NCBI GenBank assembly: GCA_905331295.1 | Contig: CAJNYD010000236.1 | Span: forward strand, 1 to 64,000 | From: Rotaria socialis | Taxonomy: Eukaryota | DNA: 64,000 nucleotides | Direction: 5' to 3' | Part shown: piece by piece, positions 26,201 through 44,994 of the stretch | Position numbering within the stretch: the stretch's first letter is position 1 | How the letters are laid out: the number at the start of each line of letters is the position of its first letter | Program-made: the position numbers and the translations under genes | Notes under the pieces: generated by a model | What the model was told of the DNA's origin: nothing | The model's input: the letters and a program-made list of their open reading frames with translations, nothing else | Databases searched by the model: none

Positions 26201-27750
26201 ATAAACCTTGAATGTGTGCATATGTTTGTGTTAGAAGTCTCGTGACAAGTGGTTTAACAGCAAACATTTATTTACTCAAGTATTCTACTTTACATTCTTT
26301 CTTTTCTTAATATGCTTACGTATGGAGTAATCAAGGAAAAAAGAATCAGATCGAGAGTGAGAGTGAGAGTGAGAGTGAGAGAAGTTAGAGCTTCTCGAGG
26401 CATTTTTGATTATTGACAGTGACAAAAATCGATTATTTTTGTAATCGAGAACAATATCGACTTTCAAATAGTAGTTACTATTCTTCCTATATGGATATAT
26501 ATATATATAACATATTTAGTGACTGTTTATGTTTTTCTTAAAATATTCTGATATCAAATAAATAGTAATAGATGTGAATATGCTTCTCTTTCGTTCTGCA
26601 AATTTCTATTTTTTTTTATACCATTAATTTTTCGATGTGTTTTTCTTCGTCTTGACATCGTAATTTTGTTCGTTTATATGATTAGAAAAGCAATGAAGAA
26701 GAAAAAAAATGAAAGCTTTCATTTGTTGTAACTCGTCCAAGTATCTACGAAGGTTAGACGTCTACAATTATTCCATTTACTCAAGATACATGTATTAATT
26801 CATCGTATGAATAATTATTCTATACACATAATTACCAATCATCTACGAATTTTGATGTGCTATCGACAAATAGATAATGTTCCTTTTGCCTTTTTTTCTT
26901 TTTTTTGAATATTATGCAGTAGCTTTTGGTATAAAACTGAGAACATAAGAAATAGATCTTTTGCTATCCTTGAAATGTCAATAGATAAAAGTTAAGAAAA
27001 CGACAAATGCTAGTCGACTAACTAGTTAAGAATATATCGAATTGCATTGATCAGCAGTAGATTGAAAGAAAGCTAATTTCATCCTGTTGTCAAATATAGA
27101 GACATAGAGAGAAAACGCGACATGGATGACATTTTGATAACAAAGATAGACGGACAGAACTCATTCGCCCACCTTCTGTTTGATCGATTGATGGGTAACA
27201 GTAGGAAAAAATAACCATTACTATGATTTATATTTTATGTTCTTCGAAATAGGTTAGAAAAGGACACAAAAAATGTCTGTTTGCTTTTTTTTAAAGTTCA
27301 CCTTCGTCTTCTTCGTTTCTATCATTAGTTATACTACTGATTTGTTTAAGAAGATAAACCTAAAAAGTGATGAACAAATGTAGATCTGTGTAATGTACAA
27401 AATATTTAGATGAAGAAAAGGAAGGACGGAAAAAGAAAAACGAGAATGATTGTTTGCTTATACTATGCGGAATAGAAAAGATAAAGAAAGTACGATGCGA
27501 TTTGATCGATGCCTCGCAAGGACAAATCGATCGAAGTTTGTGGAAAAGTATAAACAGAACAAGAAGAAATCAGATATGCGCGTATACAACCACTTAATAA
27601 GGCATCATCGCTCTTGTCGGTTTTATTTAATGTATTAGTAGTCCATTCAAATACCGAGTTAATTTTCTATAAGTATTTTCAATGAAGAATATTGATATTA
27701 ATAGTAAATTTCTTTTAATATGACTTTTACTTTTTGTATTTATTTAGACG

Positions 27751-32120
<4,370 letters not shown>

Positions 32121-32459
32121 TTTTCTTTTTCTGCTTGCCTCATTAATTTGAAAGTTTTTTTTGTTTTTGTTTTGTCGATTTGTTTTTCTCTATAATTATC
32201 TCACTTATCGACAATCAGACATGTTTTCTCACGTACAGTATTTTAGTGTATATATCATCTTTTTATTGTTGTTGCTAGTTTTTATGTAAAATATTTTTTT
32301 TTAAATTTTGTCTGTTTGCAATATAAACTAAACGATTTGATCTAGAAAAAATAATCTCTTCTTTTTTTTGTTTCACGAATAGAAGGATATTTTGATTAGC
32401 GATTGTGGTATCATTACAAAAGAAAACAAAATAGGAATTGACATCTACCCAGTTCTCTT

Positions 32460-32883
32460 CCCAGGTCGAACATACACGGTCGTATACGACGGTAAATCGC
32501 CGTATTTGGCCGTATTACATGGCTCCGTATTACGATCGTAAATATCCGTGCCGTATACGGCGAAATACGGCGCTTTACGGTCGTTTTTGATCGTATTTCA
32601 CCGTATACGGACGTCGTAAAGCTCGTCCTGGGCGTTGTTGTCTATAATTCTAATGAGATTGTCTGCTTATAATTGTATTTCTTTAAAAACCTCTTTCATA
32701 ACATCTCGACCATTTTTCAACAATTTCAAATGCTAATACTTAATCTTGATAAAGGTAGNACGATCGTAATACGGAGCCATGTAATACGGCCAAATACGGC
32801 GATTTACCGTCGTATACGACAGAATACGGGCCGTATACGGCCCGTATTTCACCGTATACGGACGTCGTAATGCTCGTCCTGGG
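32460..32883. mobile_element. CCCAGGTCGA-family MITE copies (one complete, one partial) spanning an assembly N
   Basis: CCCAGGTCGAACA at 32460; CTCGTCCTGGG ends at 32632 and 32883; TACGG/CCGTA internal repeats as in the 9469 copy; TT on both outer flanks; N at 32759. Confidence 0.85.
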
Positions 32884-34393
32884 TTTCGTTGATCTTTTTT
32901 TTCTCTCATGTGTGTCTTTTTGTTGCGAGCACCCTGAGGATATGAATCTATACTACAGGTGGATGATTGCCTTAAGTGAACATGTGGCCCTTCGTATTGT
33001 ATTCTGACTTTGATATCATCTTACGTCATGAAAAATACTTTAACAAAAAATGTGTATTTTTAATTTTTTGTTTTTGTCTACAATTTTAAGCAGTTAGCTC
33101 AAATTTACCTAGTGATTATTATAGTCAATGAAAACTGCTATCTAATGTATTTTATAATGAGATATGATAGATAAACTTGGCTATTGAAGTCTCTCAAAAT
33201 CCATACATAATAATCTTTAGACTCAAGAGAATCGTTAGAACTTTGTATGAGCTGACTCATTTTCAATGACATTCGCTTAACGTGTGACAAGTATAAAGAA
33301 AATTTCGAAAAAGTCAACTTTCTATGGACTTTTATGTTTTATGTTAATTTATGATTTCTATGATAATTTGGACTTGTTAAGAAGAATAGCAGAAAATGCA
33401 ATGACTATCTCGTGTTGTTCAGAATAGAAAGCTCTTCAAAATTCCATTGTGAGAAATAACTACTATAAACTATTCGTGACTTTGAAAACTAGTTTGTTTT
33501 AAATTCCCTAATTCTTTTATTATCATAGCTCTTCTTTGGAATATTATTATCTAATGAATTAAATAAAAAGGCAAATATTGATTTTTTTCAATAACTATCG
33601 AGATTTTAAGCTATATGCTAACAGAACAGAATACATTCAATAACACACTTGTAGCTAATTTTCCCCCCATTACTTGATATTTATATCAACGATCGTCAGA
33701 ATTTCTTCCTAAGTATTGTGATAAAAAGATGCGTGTACCGTAAAAAAGTAAAGACTTCATGAATTGATGTAGTTCTTAAAGAGTTTATCAATATAGAAAT
33801 GAAGATTTTGACGGTCATGGTTCGAATCTCTGACGAGAGAATCTATCTATATAATTAAAGACAATAAGCAGCAATAATTTCTAGAGAGTATGATTATCCA
33901 AATCTGTTGCTTATCGAGGATCAACAAGAAAAAAAGATATCTATTAAAATTTTTTTTCACTCTTTCTTAGTGATTTATTTGAAATGTTTCAGATATTATA
34001 TCACTGTTCCAGTGAAATATAAATCTTTCAATATAGCTATATGATCAAATGTTACCGTCACCAATAGGATATACTTCCGAAAACTAATTTTCGATAATAA
34101 AAGTCTCATAGTAGTAGTCTTTTTGCTGAGATATTGTACGTGTAAGTAATTCATTTCTCAAATTCGATTATATTTTACTGATGACAAAAAAAACCATCAT
34201 CCTCTGACCAGAAGACAAGACTAGATTTGAATGTACAGATATGTTGACACAGGATCATTTTCGTTGAGTAAAACAATCAATCACTACATGTATAATGAAA
34301 ATGTGAAAAGACAGATTTTGAAATTGCTTCTTTTTTATTGACATTTTTTGAAATAAATTTCGCATCTAATTTTTGTTTGTTCTTTAGAAAAAG

Positions 34394-36520
34394 ATGACTT
34401 TTGTTTCACCCATTAATACAATTACACTCGATTGCACTGGCAATGTATTACCAAATGCTATATTACTTGCTGATGTTGATTCAACTAAAGTAAGAGAAAA
34501 GTTTCCCAAATTCTTCATAAAAATCTTAGTTTATGCATAGATTAATAAATTATTAGTTGGTACTCAAGAAGGTGAACTACTAATATTTAAATCCAATCGA
34601 AATCCAAACGATGTACAGTTGTGGCGTCGAGCACAAGGACTCGGATTTGTGAGTATTATAACTGTTACGACAACAAAATCCACGTACTTTCTTCTTCAAT
34701 CATTTATAGATTACAGCTATCACTGTTGGTTTTCTTGTACCAAAGGCTAATGAACCTCGGCCCATCATTTGTGTAGTAAATGCTGAAGGTGCTATTCATT
34801 TGTTTCTTCTACGGCCGAATGTATGTTATAAAAATTATAATAATGAATGAATCTTTTTCGTTTTAAAAAGATACAAAGAAGTCGTGTACGTAGCGCAGGC
34901 GGCACTGCAACTAACAATCGAAATGATTCAAAATTACAATTATATGGAATAACAACATTATCCAATGATGAGGAACAACAACAGATTCAACCAGCATTCA
35001 GTCAACAACTTATTTGTAATCCAAAAGTATTACTTATTCAAGGTACATAAAAAAATTCTTTCCATAAAATGAAAAAAATTCTTTTATTCTATTTAGATTT
35101 TCATGAGACCGAAAAACAATTAATAATCAGTTATAATGATCGAACTATTCGTATATTCACATCAATGATTCTAGAAGAATACGATGGTCGACTATCAGGT
35201 CGAATTTTATTAAAACATGTTTTCAATGTTGCTGATCAAATTCACACATTAAGTTCTAGACAAATGCTCACATCAAAAGATTATGAACTAATTGTTTCAC
35301 AACCAGGTGGAAATCTTCTTCGATTCAATCCCAATGAAGAAAATGGTAATAGGGATAACTAAGCCATAGTCAAATGCTTTTTTTCTTATACAAATACTGA
35401 CTTTTAGCTCGGATCATAGCAACAGATATAACTAATCATACAGCAACTGGATGGACAGAAGCAATAGCACTTGATGGATTTTTTGATGACACTGTCTATG
35501 CAACTATATGCCATGGTATGTTGCTATTCAACAATCTAAATCGTTTTCATACAGATATATATATATATATATATCTCTGATGTGTCATTATGTTCAATAA
35601 TAACTAAAAATCATATAACCTTGTCATAGAGTTAACCGGTTGCAGGAGAATTCCTTAATGATTATTGCAATTTCAAAAGAGCAAAAGTATTAACGAAAAC
35701 TGTTTTTTTCCTCAAATAAAATTAAGATGTTATAAAAATCTACTCTATTGTTTGTAATACATCTATCATAAATATTATTCATAAGACTACATAATGAATT
35801 TATGTTAGACAACGATTTGACACAAGATAGATGCACATCATGTTCTGTAAATTAGAGTTTTCACAATGATGTTATAATCTAACAACCTTGTGTCGTTTAA
35901 AGATCATATCGATATATTCTCAAATCAACTGAATAAAATACTAAGTACAATTCCATTAAGTGTAACAACCGGCCATCTGTGCGGTCTTCGACAACTACCT
36001 GCTACGGTTTGAATAGAATTGGTATTTTTGATTATTCAAAATCTTGTTGTTTTTTCAAACAGAAAGATAAACAAAGCCAATTAGTCACAATCTCATCTGT
36101 TGATGGTGATACATTTATTATTGATCGTCATTCAAATATAATTCGTTTTCGACCACCATTATCATCAAGTACAGTTTTCGGTAGTGGAAATGATTCCATG
36201 GCGCATAGTCACTTTTTTGATCAAATACAAGCATTTACATCGGGTTTATTTGGTGATAATAATACGTTTTGTTTCATTTATGTATTAACACATAATGATA
36301 AAATTATAATTGTACATTCAATAGAAATAAATAGCACAAGAACAACCAATCTATTAACAACTTTACCAAAAACAATAGCAGATGAAAAATTCAAAGACGG
36401 TAAAACTTAGATTTGAAGAGTTTCTTTTGTTCAATATATATATACATATTCTTTTTCTTCAACTATTTAGCTCAATCAATGTTAGAACAATTAAAAGATT
36501 TATTACATCCGCATTATTAG
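34394..36520 (+). CDS. ITFG2: ITFG2 (KICSTOR complex subunit), multi-exon
   Basis: N-terminus ITLDCTGNVLPNAILLADVD...KLLVGTQEGELLIFK, VVNAEGAIHLF, SQQLICNPK, LIISYNDRTIR, LIVSQPGG, DGDTFIID...IIRF, IQAFTSG. Confidence 0.85.
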
Positions 36521-38245
36521 ACTTTTGTTAATTTGATTTAAAAGTAAACATGAGTTTGTTGATATTTAGAATAAATAAAGTTGTATTCATTTGCAAAAAA
36601 TAATCTAACACTGATATATTACTTGTCTTGCAGATAAACATTGATCATAGCTAATCGATTGAAACGTTTTCGCTAGCTTGGCATTAGATAAGTTTTAGAG
36701 TTAGAAAATTAAAATGCATTTATGATTTTGGTTCTAAGGACATGAACAAAACGAAGCGAAAAAGAAAATAGATTATTTGTCAAAAACAAGGAAATTTAAA
36801 TAAATCATCAAACTTACTTACATTATTTTCTGTTTCAATTTTAGGTATATATATATATATTATCGAAATTTTATACAATGAATAATCAATAAAGTGAAGT
36901 AACAGTCTAAGATCTTTCTGCTATTGCTGTAGTTAATTGGCTGAGAAGCTGAATAATGATTACAATAGGCCTTAATGAACGGAAACTAATATTATTTAGA
37001 GATTCTCTCAAATTTGCTATGATTGATACTATTCACAAACGGACAGATAGTCATCGTATTCACGAATCCATGAATACTATCAAATATGAAAAATAAATTC
37101 AATATGCGTGTTTAACAAAACCAGAAGCATCTTAATCATTTTTTTTTGATCTATTTAAAATAAACAGCAAAACTATGGGATTTAATTGTAAGGAAAGATA
37201 CATTTTGTTTTACACTGATTGACTCTACTATTACTAATAAGAAACAGATAGTCTGCTATGTCCTTTACACTAATTATATCTTTATATTCATTTCATAGCA
37301 TAATTATTATCAAGTACTAAGTAGGGAGGCGTTTTTATAACAGAATATTAGAATACATTTTACAGCTTAACAGGACATCTGTAAATCTATTAAGAAGTCG
37401 TTCATAGAATCTGACACTCAATTATAATTCATATCGATGCATGCTTGAATTTGACATGGAGAAGAATATGAAATTTGCTTAGAATATTTGAAGAGGAACA
37501 TGTTTCATTTTGAGTGCACAATTAACACTAATTAATAAGAGAAGTAATCTCTAGTAGATTTGAGTATACTCTTATGAAATAAATAGCTGTACAATAAATG
37601 CTCTCGTAAAGAAGCGAGATGTTTTGTATGATATGAAGATTTATTCCTAGAATATTATTCTTATTAAGTAAATAAGAAGCTCAATTTTTAAGATTTAAAG
37701 AGCATACAAATTTATAATAGAAAATTTGAACGAGTATGAGATAATCTCTCAAGAAGAAATTTATTCAGAAAACTCTTTTATTTAAAAATTCTGATTCATA
37801 GCGTCCTCTTTTATATAGCATATTATTAATTGGAAAATCTTTCCATCAATCCGTAAAGTCTCATGGCCTACTCCCCTCGCGTCTCGTCCCGTTCCGTCTT
37901 CTTTTGCTTTGCTCTCTTGCTCGTCTCATAGTTGTTCTTCTCGTCTTATATATATATATATTTATTTTATCTCAACTTCTTCTCTGTCTATCTACAGTGC
38001 GTTTTGGCTTTTTTTACCCTAGAAGATCTTTTTTTTTCTTTCTTTCCTATTATCGGCTAAAAGACATGTCCAATCTATCGTATCTTTCTCTCAATCTTCT
38101 CTACGTTGGTGTGTCGTCATCCAGTTGATGACTCATTTTCATCTCAATTTACACGTAATGCTACTTTGCATTATTCTTTAAAAATCGACTCACATAGTAC
38201 TTCCGGTGTTCAAATAGTTATTCGTGCATCATTATTACTATTATC

Positions 38246-39092
38246 ATGCAAAGTGCTCCGCCTGATAATGCAGTAACTTATAAATTGGTTGTCGTCGGAG
38301 ACGGTAAACGCTAAAATGAATATATTTGAATTTTTTTATCCGACTTTATGTTTTAATTAAAGGTGGCGTTGGAAAATCTGCTTTGACAATTCAAGTAAGT
38401 TGAACGAACAAGGTTGTTGTTGAAAGATGAAATAACGAAAGTTTATTTTAGTTCTTCCAAAAAATGTTTGTTGAAGACTACGATCCAACTATAGAAGATA
38501 GCTATATTCAACATGTTGAAGTTGATCGACAAGTTTGTGTACTTGATGGTAAAAACTAAATGAAAAACAATTCGATTCGATTCAAAAATGAATCACGCTA
38601 TTTTTCTTCTCACTAGTTCTTGATACAGCTGGTCAAGAAGAATTCTCTGCTTTACGAGAACAGTATATGCGTAAAGGTGATGGTTTTCTTATTGTCTATT
38701 CTGTGATTGATCCTAATTCGTGTAAAAATATTCGACAATTTTACAATCAAATACTTCGTGTTAAAGACAGGTATGAGACCATACATATGTATAAATATTT
38801 ATATGATCAGATAAATTATTTTCATGAATATAGAAAATTCTATCCAATGGTTCTTGTAGCAAATAAAATTGATTTAGTTCATTTAAGAAGAATATCAGAA
38901 GAAGAAGGTCGTGAATTAGCAGCTGAATTAAAAATTCCATATATTGAAACAAGTGCAAAAGTTCCTCCAAAAAATGTTGATGTTGCTTTTCATGAACTTG
39001 TTCGTGTGATAAGACAACAAATGCAAACTCAAAATCCAATAAAAAAGAAACGAAAGAAACGTCGATATGCACATCGTTGTTCTCTTATGTAA
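38246..39092 (+). CDS. MRAS: M-Ras small GTPase
   Basis: [66 protein letters not shown], polybasic tail and CSLM CaaX box. Confidence 0.95.
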
Positions 39093-39468
39093 TAAGAACA
39101 AATTAAAAGAATAATAATATACTTCATTTTTTTGTTTACTGATTTTTTTACAATCAATTGAATCTGTTAAAAAAACATTTTCTCTCTCATGTATCTGTTG
39201 TTTATGTGCTTCTTTTTTTGCTTTTTCTCTATTAATTATTAGCTCAAGTTTTCCTCTAACAAAAAACTATATATATATATGTTTCTACTGGTAGGAACAA
39301 ATTCAGAAAAAAAAATTTTCTCTGAAAAATAAAATAACAAAATAAAATTGTGGAAAGATTGTAGAATAAAGACAAGATAAAAAAATAGACAAGAATAGAC
39401 GATATTTAGACACGATGTTTTTATCTTATCTAGCTTTCATTCTTGTATTGATGATATAAAAGTAAATC

Positions 39469-42235
39469 ATGTACGAACGACCATGTGTTATACTTATTAT
39501 CATCGCAACTGTTTGTGTAAGTGACAATTGATTGAACATACAGATCTGATTTGTTTATCTTTAGACTCTATGTCGATCACAACGTTCATTTGGAATCGAT
39601 TTCGATAGAAATACATTTGTTAAAGATGGAAAACCATTTCAATATGTCAGTGGTTCAGTTCATATGTATAGAATGCCACGAGCATATTGGGCTGATCGTC
39701 TTCAACGAATGTGGACTGCAGGACTGAATGCTATTCAAACGTGAGTGTTTCAATCGAGAGAAAGGAAATGCATAACATCTTTATTGCATATAGGTATGTA
39801 TTTTGGGATCAACATGAGTTAGTGGAAGGTGTTTACAATTTTGAAGACAATAATGATCTTGTAGCATTTATTCAATTAGCACAAAAAATTGGTTTTGTTG
39901 TTATTTTACGTGTGGGACCGTACGTTAATTTATCGTAATTTATCAATAATTACATTTCTGACATTTTTACAGGTACGGATGTGGTGAACATGAATTTGGT
40001 GGGTTTCCTTGGTGGCTTTTACGTGATCTTAATAATTTAGAATTCCGACAGATGAATACCGGTTCGATTTTTTTTCTTCCACAATCAAATCATCATATTT
40101 CTTTTTCGTTTCGTTTGCTTCGATAGTCTATCTTAAAGCGGTTACTCGTTGGATGAGTGTTCTTCTACCACAGATTCGACCTTTGCTATATAATAATGGT
40201 GGCTCAGTTATTTCTGTTCAGGTTGTGCTTTGTATTATTAGATTCTTTGGCTCATAAGAAAAATTTGGTATTCTAGGTAGAAAATGAGTATGGCAGTTAT
40301 CCAGCGTAAGTAAATGTTTTCTTTGTTTATTAATTATAGGTTGATATTCGTTTAGATGTGATCATAATTATATGGGCTATTTACGTGATGTGTTTCGTCA
40401 ATATTTAGGGGACAATCTTGTACTGTTTACTGTTGGTATGTGCTATTGTGAAAATATGTTATAGTAGAGAATTTTCTTTAGATGGCAATGGTTTGGGTTA
40501 TCTAAGATGTGGAACTGTCAAAGGAGCATATACAACGATTGACTTTGGCCCTGGAACCAATGTCAATGAATCATTTAATTATCAACGTCAATATGCTCCG
40601 CACGGCCCATTAGTAAATACAGAATTCTATCCCGGTTGGCTTGATCTATGGGGTCATCAACATTCAACTGTTTCAACTGAAAGTATCGTGAAAACACTTG
40701 ATGAAATGCTATCAATTGGTGTCAATGTAAATTTCTATATGTTTTTTGGTGGAACAAATTTTGGTTTTACATCAGGTTAAAAGCAATGAAATCCAAGTCA
40801 CTAAAAAAAGATCGAACTCTTTTTTGCCTCACTTATTAGGTGCTGATCCTGATTATATACCACAACCAACATCCTATGATTATGATGCACCGATTTCAGA
40901 GCCAGGTTTATTTATTTATTTATTCCAATAGAAAATACTTAGTAAATTAATCTTGTTGTTTTCTTTTTGTTCTCAGGCGATATAACTTCAAAATATATGG
41001 CAATTAGAAATGTAATTGGGAAATATTTACCATTACCATCAGCACCTGTACCAGGAAATAACACCAAGAAAGCATATGGCAGTGTTCGATTATCATTCGT
41101 AACTTCTATAAAAATCAAAATTGAAATAAATGAAAAAAATCATTTTATTTTCTAGAAACAATCATTGTTAAGTTATATTACAAGTCATTCACCATTTTGT
41201 ACAACATCATCATATCCGAAACGATTCGAAGAGCTTGGCCAAGTATATATATAAATATATTTATTTATTCTATTATATAAAAAAAAAACAACGATGAAAT
41301 TTATACGTATATTTATAAATAGAATCAAGCATTTGTCGTCTATTCAACAATATTGAATAATCCAGAAGTGCAAGGGAAAGTACTTGACTTAAGTGGCGTT
41401 CGTGATCGTGCTTATGTGTTACTTGGAGAAGTAAATATGTTCTGCTTTTTTATAAATATTTTCTATGAAGGTAATTTATTGAAATTAATATAGAAATCAA
41501 TCGGCATTGCGTATCGAGCTAATAGTTCATCATTAAAATTAACAATTCAAGCACCTGGTAATCGTGAGACACATTTAAATATTATTGTCGAAAATATGGG
41601 CCGATTAAATTACGGTGGTGACCTTTTTGATACGAAAGTACAATCTCATAATTATTTTTCTTTGATACTTATTAATTATATTTTTTCAAAAGGGTTTCGT
41701 TAATAATATTACATTAGATGGTCAATTACTTGTCAATTGGACAATGTGTATATCTGGTTCATTATTCGATGAAGCTCCTACTGATTTTACTATGAATAAG
41801 TTTGAAGAGTAGGTTGACGAATATTTATTATTTTTTTGTATAGTTTTTATTTTAAACTCTTCTCCAAATAGCTTTGATCCGAATGCACCAAATATTTATA
41901 CTGGAAATTTCTCAGTTACTGATCAAGCGCCATCAGATACATTTCTTCTACCAACGACTATTTCAAATGGCTATTGGGAAAAAGGTGTAGCTTATATTAA
42001 TAAATATAATTTAGGTCGCTATTGGCCAATACTAGGACCTCAAGTAACATTATACATTCCAAGTCCATGGTTAATTCCATCTACAACAAACTCTCTTACA
42101 ATGATTGAACTTCAATCATCACCTTGTGGAAATCAGCAAACATGTTCAATTGAACTTGTTGACTATCCTATCCTAGATAAACCCACATTAATGCCTGCGC
42201 CATTATTATACAAACGAAAACCTCAATATCATTAA
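39469..42235 (+). CDS. GLB1: Lysosomal beta-galactosidase (GH35), many short introns
   Basis: Signal peptide; [30 protein letters not shown] (acid/base), NTEFYPGW (nucleophile), [37 protein letters not shown]. Confidence 0.95.
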
Positions 42236-43294
42236 CAAGACGCTATCATATTCTTCCTTTTGCAATCATCGTTGATTGATTTTTTTTTCTACAAAAATTG
42301 ATTCTATGATTTGGATAAACTATCTAATGCAATATATATTATCTGTTTGATAGTCATTAGTAATCAGACATTCTTTTTTGTGATCGGAAACTTATAAAAA
42401 TAAATTTTAAAGAAATTAATACTGTTTTCAAGGATGAATTCAGAAAAACTATCTACTACACTGAAATTCTTTTTATTTATAGTAGAATTAATTATCGAAT
42501 TGGAGTTCGACCGACAAAGGCACGATGCGTCATTTCATGAAGATTATTTGATTGGACATAAGTAAAACTTGATATTCAGTTGGATAAAACCTTATTCTTT
42601 TTTCATCCACATTCAAAAGAAAAGTTTCTAAACTCTTATAATGGTTGCTAAGTAGATGAGTCAAACTCGATAATATTTTATAGCAAAGGTAGTGAGTCGT
42701 TATAGACGAAAATGATCTACCTAATATTTATTCTTGTGTTAATAACAACAAATTGACAAAATAAAACAATCATTGAAGCATCTCTAATTTGATATTTTAA
42801 TCTTCAACACACTCAAACTGTTTTATAACAGTTATTTATTATATTTACATAGGTTTTCTACCATTCAGAAATTCAATGATTGATTTAGTTATTTTTCGTA
42901 TCTCGTCAGATCTTACTATTTGTATCATCGATTTCTTCGAAATTTATTGTTTCGATTAGAGAAAGAAAACTAAAATTTTAAAAGTCATTTGTGAACAAAT
43001 AGTCGCATAACTATATATTTATATGTGTGTGTTTGCTATTAATTTTATGCATTTATCGTATCTTTTTCATATCATTTCGTTTTTTTTTTATTATAGTTTG
43101 TCGTTCTTTTATTTTATTTTCTACGTATATACTGGAGTAGATCGAAAAAGAAATCTAATATAAAGAAACCATGTGTATGCAGTTACAATGATAAGGTATA
43201 ACGAAGAAGCAACGAAACCGAATTCAGCTACGTCATTTTAAAAGTGAATAAACCGTTAGAACAATCATTTCTTCCAATCAAACTTACGAGTATA

Positions 43295-44212
43295 ATGAGA
43301 GATTCAAATACTCACCATGGTAAATCTAAAATTAATCATTCGAATCTTATTTTCATATTTCACAGTATCAACTAACATACCATCGGCTAGATTGATGACC
43401 CAGAAAACATTATCAAATGATAAACGACCAATTGTAACAACATCTTCACGTATTACCCATCCTGATCCGATAGATTATATTGCATTGGATACATTTCGGT
43501 AACAAAGAAAAAATGATGAATATCTTTAAAACAGAACCAAAAGATATTTCTTTCTAGAAGAGAAACTATACACAAAGAAGAAGAAGCACATCGAGTATGG
43601 AAAGCAAAATTTGATCCATGGTTAATTGACGAATATCGAGAAGTAAGGTCTCTTTTTCTTTACAAATCGTTCAACAGTTGAAACCTTTGTCTGAAGATGT
43701 ATGTAAATAGAGCAAAACTACGTGGTGTACCTCCGAAAAATTCTCTTATTTCACTCAAACGCTCTGAATGGCAACAACCTGTTGATACGTTGCCACCGAT
43801 ACATAAACGTCTGCCTGGTCAACGACGTCGACGTGTATTAGGATCATTTCCTCAAACTGAAAGTGACGTAAGTAAACTGATAATATCTAAGCGACGTTGT
43901 CGTTTTTTTTCGCAACATAAGTTTGACTGATGAGTTACTATTTTCCTTTGCAATCTATCAAGACGACACAAATTTGTTTTGCATGAAACAAAATATATTA
44001 CTTTTTCTATGCTTTTTTTGTTTTACTAATGTTCTTTTATTCATGATCATGTTTTTTTTATTCATTTTTTTTTTGTTTTCTGTAACTAGAAAATTGGATG
44101 GCGACTCTTACCAGAACATGCTATTGATAAATATGGTTCAAAAACGGCACACATTCCTCCATTACCACAACAATACAAATTTTCTAGTTGGCCTGTTGAG
44201 AGTTTTTATTAA
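43295..44212 (+). CDS. CIMIP1/C20orf85-like ciliary microtubule inner protein
   Basis: Spliced translation DYIALDTFRRETIHKEEEAHRVW...FPQTESDKIGWR...SWP resembles the C20orf85 pattern (D..W....E..A...W; PQT....IGWR; WP). Start codon uncertain. Confidence 0.6.
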
Positions 44213-44994
44213 TTAAATAAAAACAAATATTTCTGTTTTTTTAACTTGTTTCCATATTATCAAAAAAAAAAAGAACAATAACTGAACTAATAACATAGCT
44301 GATTCAATAGTGAAGGCAGAACGCATCGAGTAGTGACCGTTGCCTATTGCCTGTATAATAATACTTCATCGTTATTTGAATAGAGCAGAGAAAAAAAGAA
44401 GAAGAAAGAAAGAGAACATAACCATAGAAAATACTTTCTCCATTTTTCTCTCGTTTACTTACTCACTCTCTGTCTCTGTTTTTTTTTGACAAGTACGAAG
44501 AAGTAGCGCTGCCGCCATTGCTGCCGCCACCACTGCTGCTCGTCGTCGATCATAGTCGCAAGAGAAAGAGAGTGCACAAGAGGCAGTAAAAAAACGCAGA
44601 GCATGCATTTTTTTTACTGTGCAGAGCATTGGATATGCATCCGATTAAAATAGTTGTTCTTGTTGTTTGCAGATATTTGAGCTGGATACAAGTATGTTAT
44701 ATGTTTCTGTATTGTTTTATTTGTTAAATATCAAATTTATCGATGTTCGCAATGGCATACAGATTCGTAACGTTACTTATTCTCGCTTTTTTTTTTATTG
44801 ATTCGATTTGTCCTTGAAACGTTTTTAAAGAAGGATAAATGATCCAACTTAATTCACACTTCGCATCATTTAATAGATGATCCACTCTTACTTTCTGACC
44901 ATCTTCTTCGAAAAATCTAATAAACGATTGCATTGATTTTTTTTTCATTCTAGAAATATTCGTAATTAAAAAAGATATTTATTTTCGATTAATT

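Noticed and set aside
23300..27700. Short hydrophobic or low-complexity ORFs upstream of FGFR
   Set aside because: They derive from microsatellites and T/A runs; the region is probably promoter, 5' UTR and first intron.
33765..33842. tRNA gene (GGTTCGAATC B box)
   Set aside because: No acceptor stem or cloverleaf could be built; at most a decayed SINE or pseudogene.
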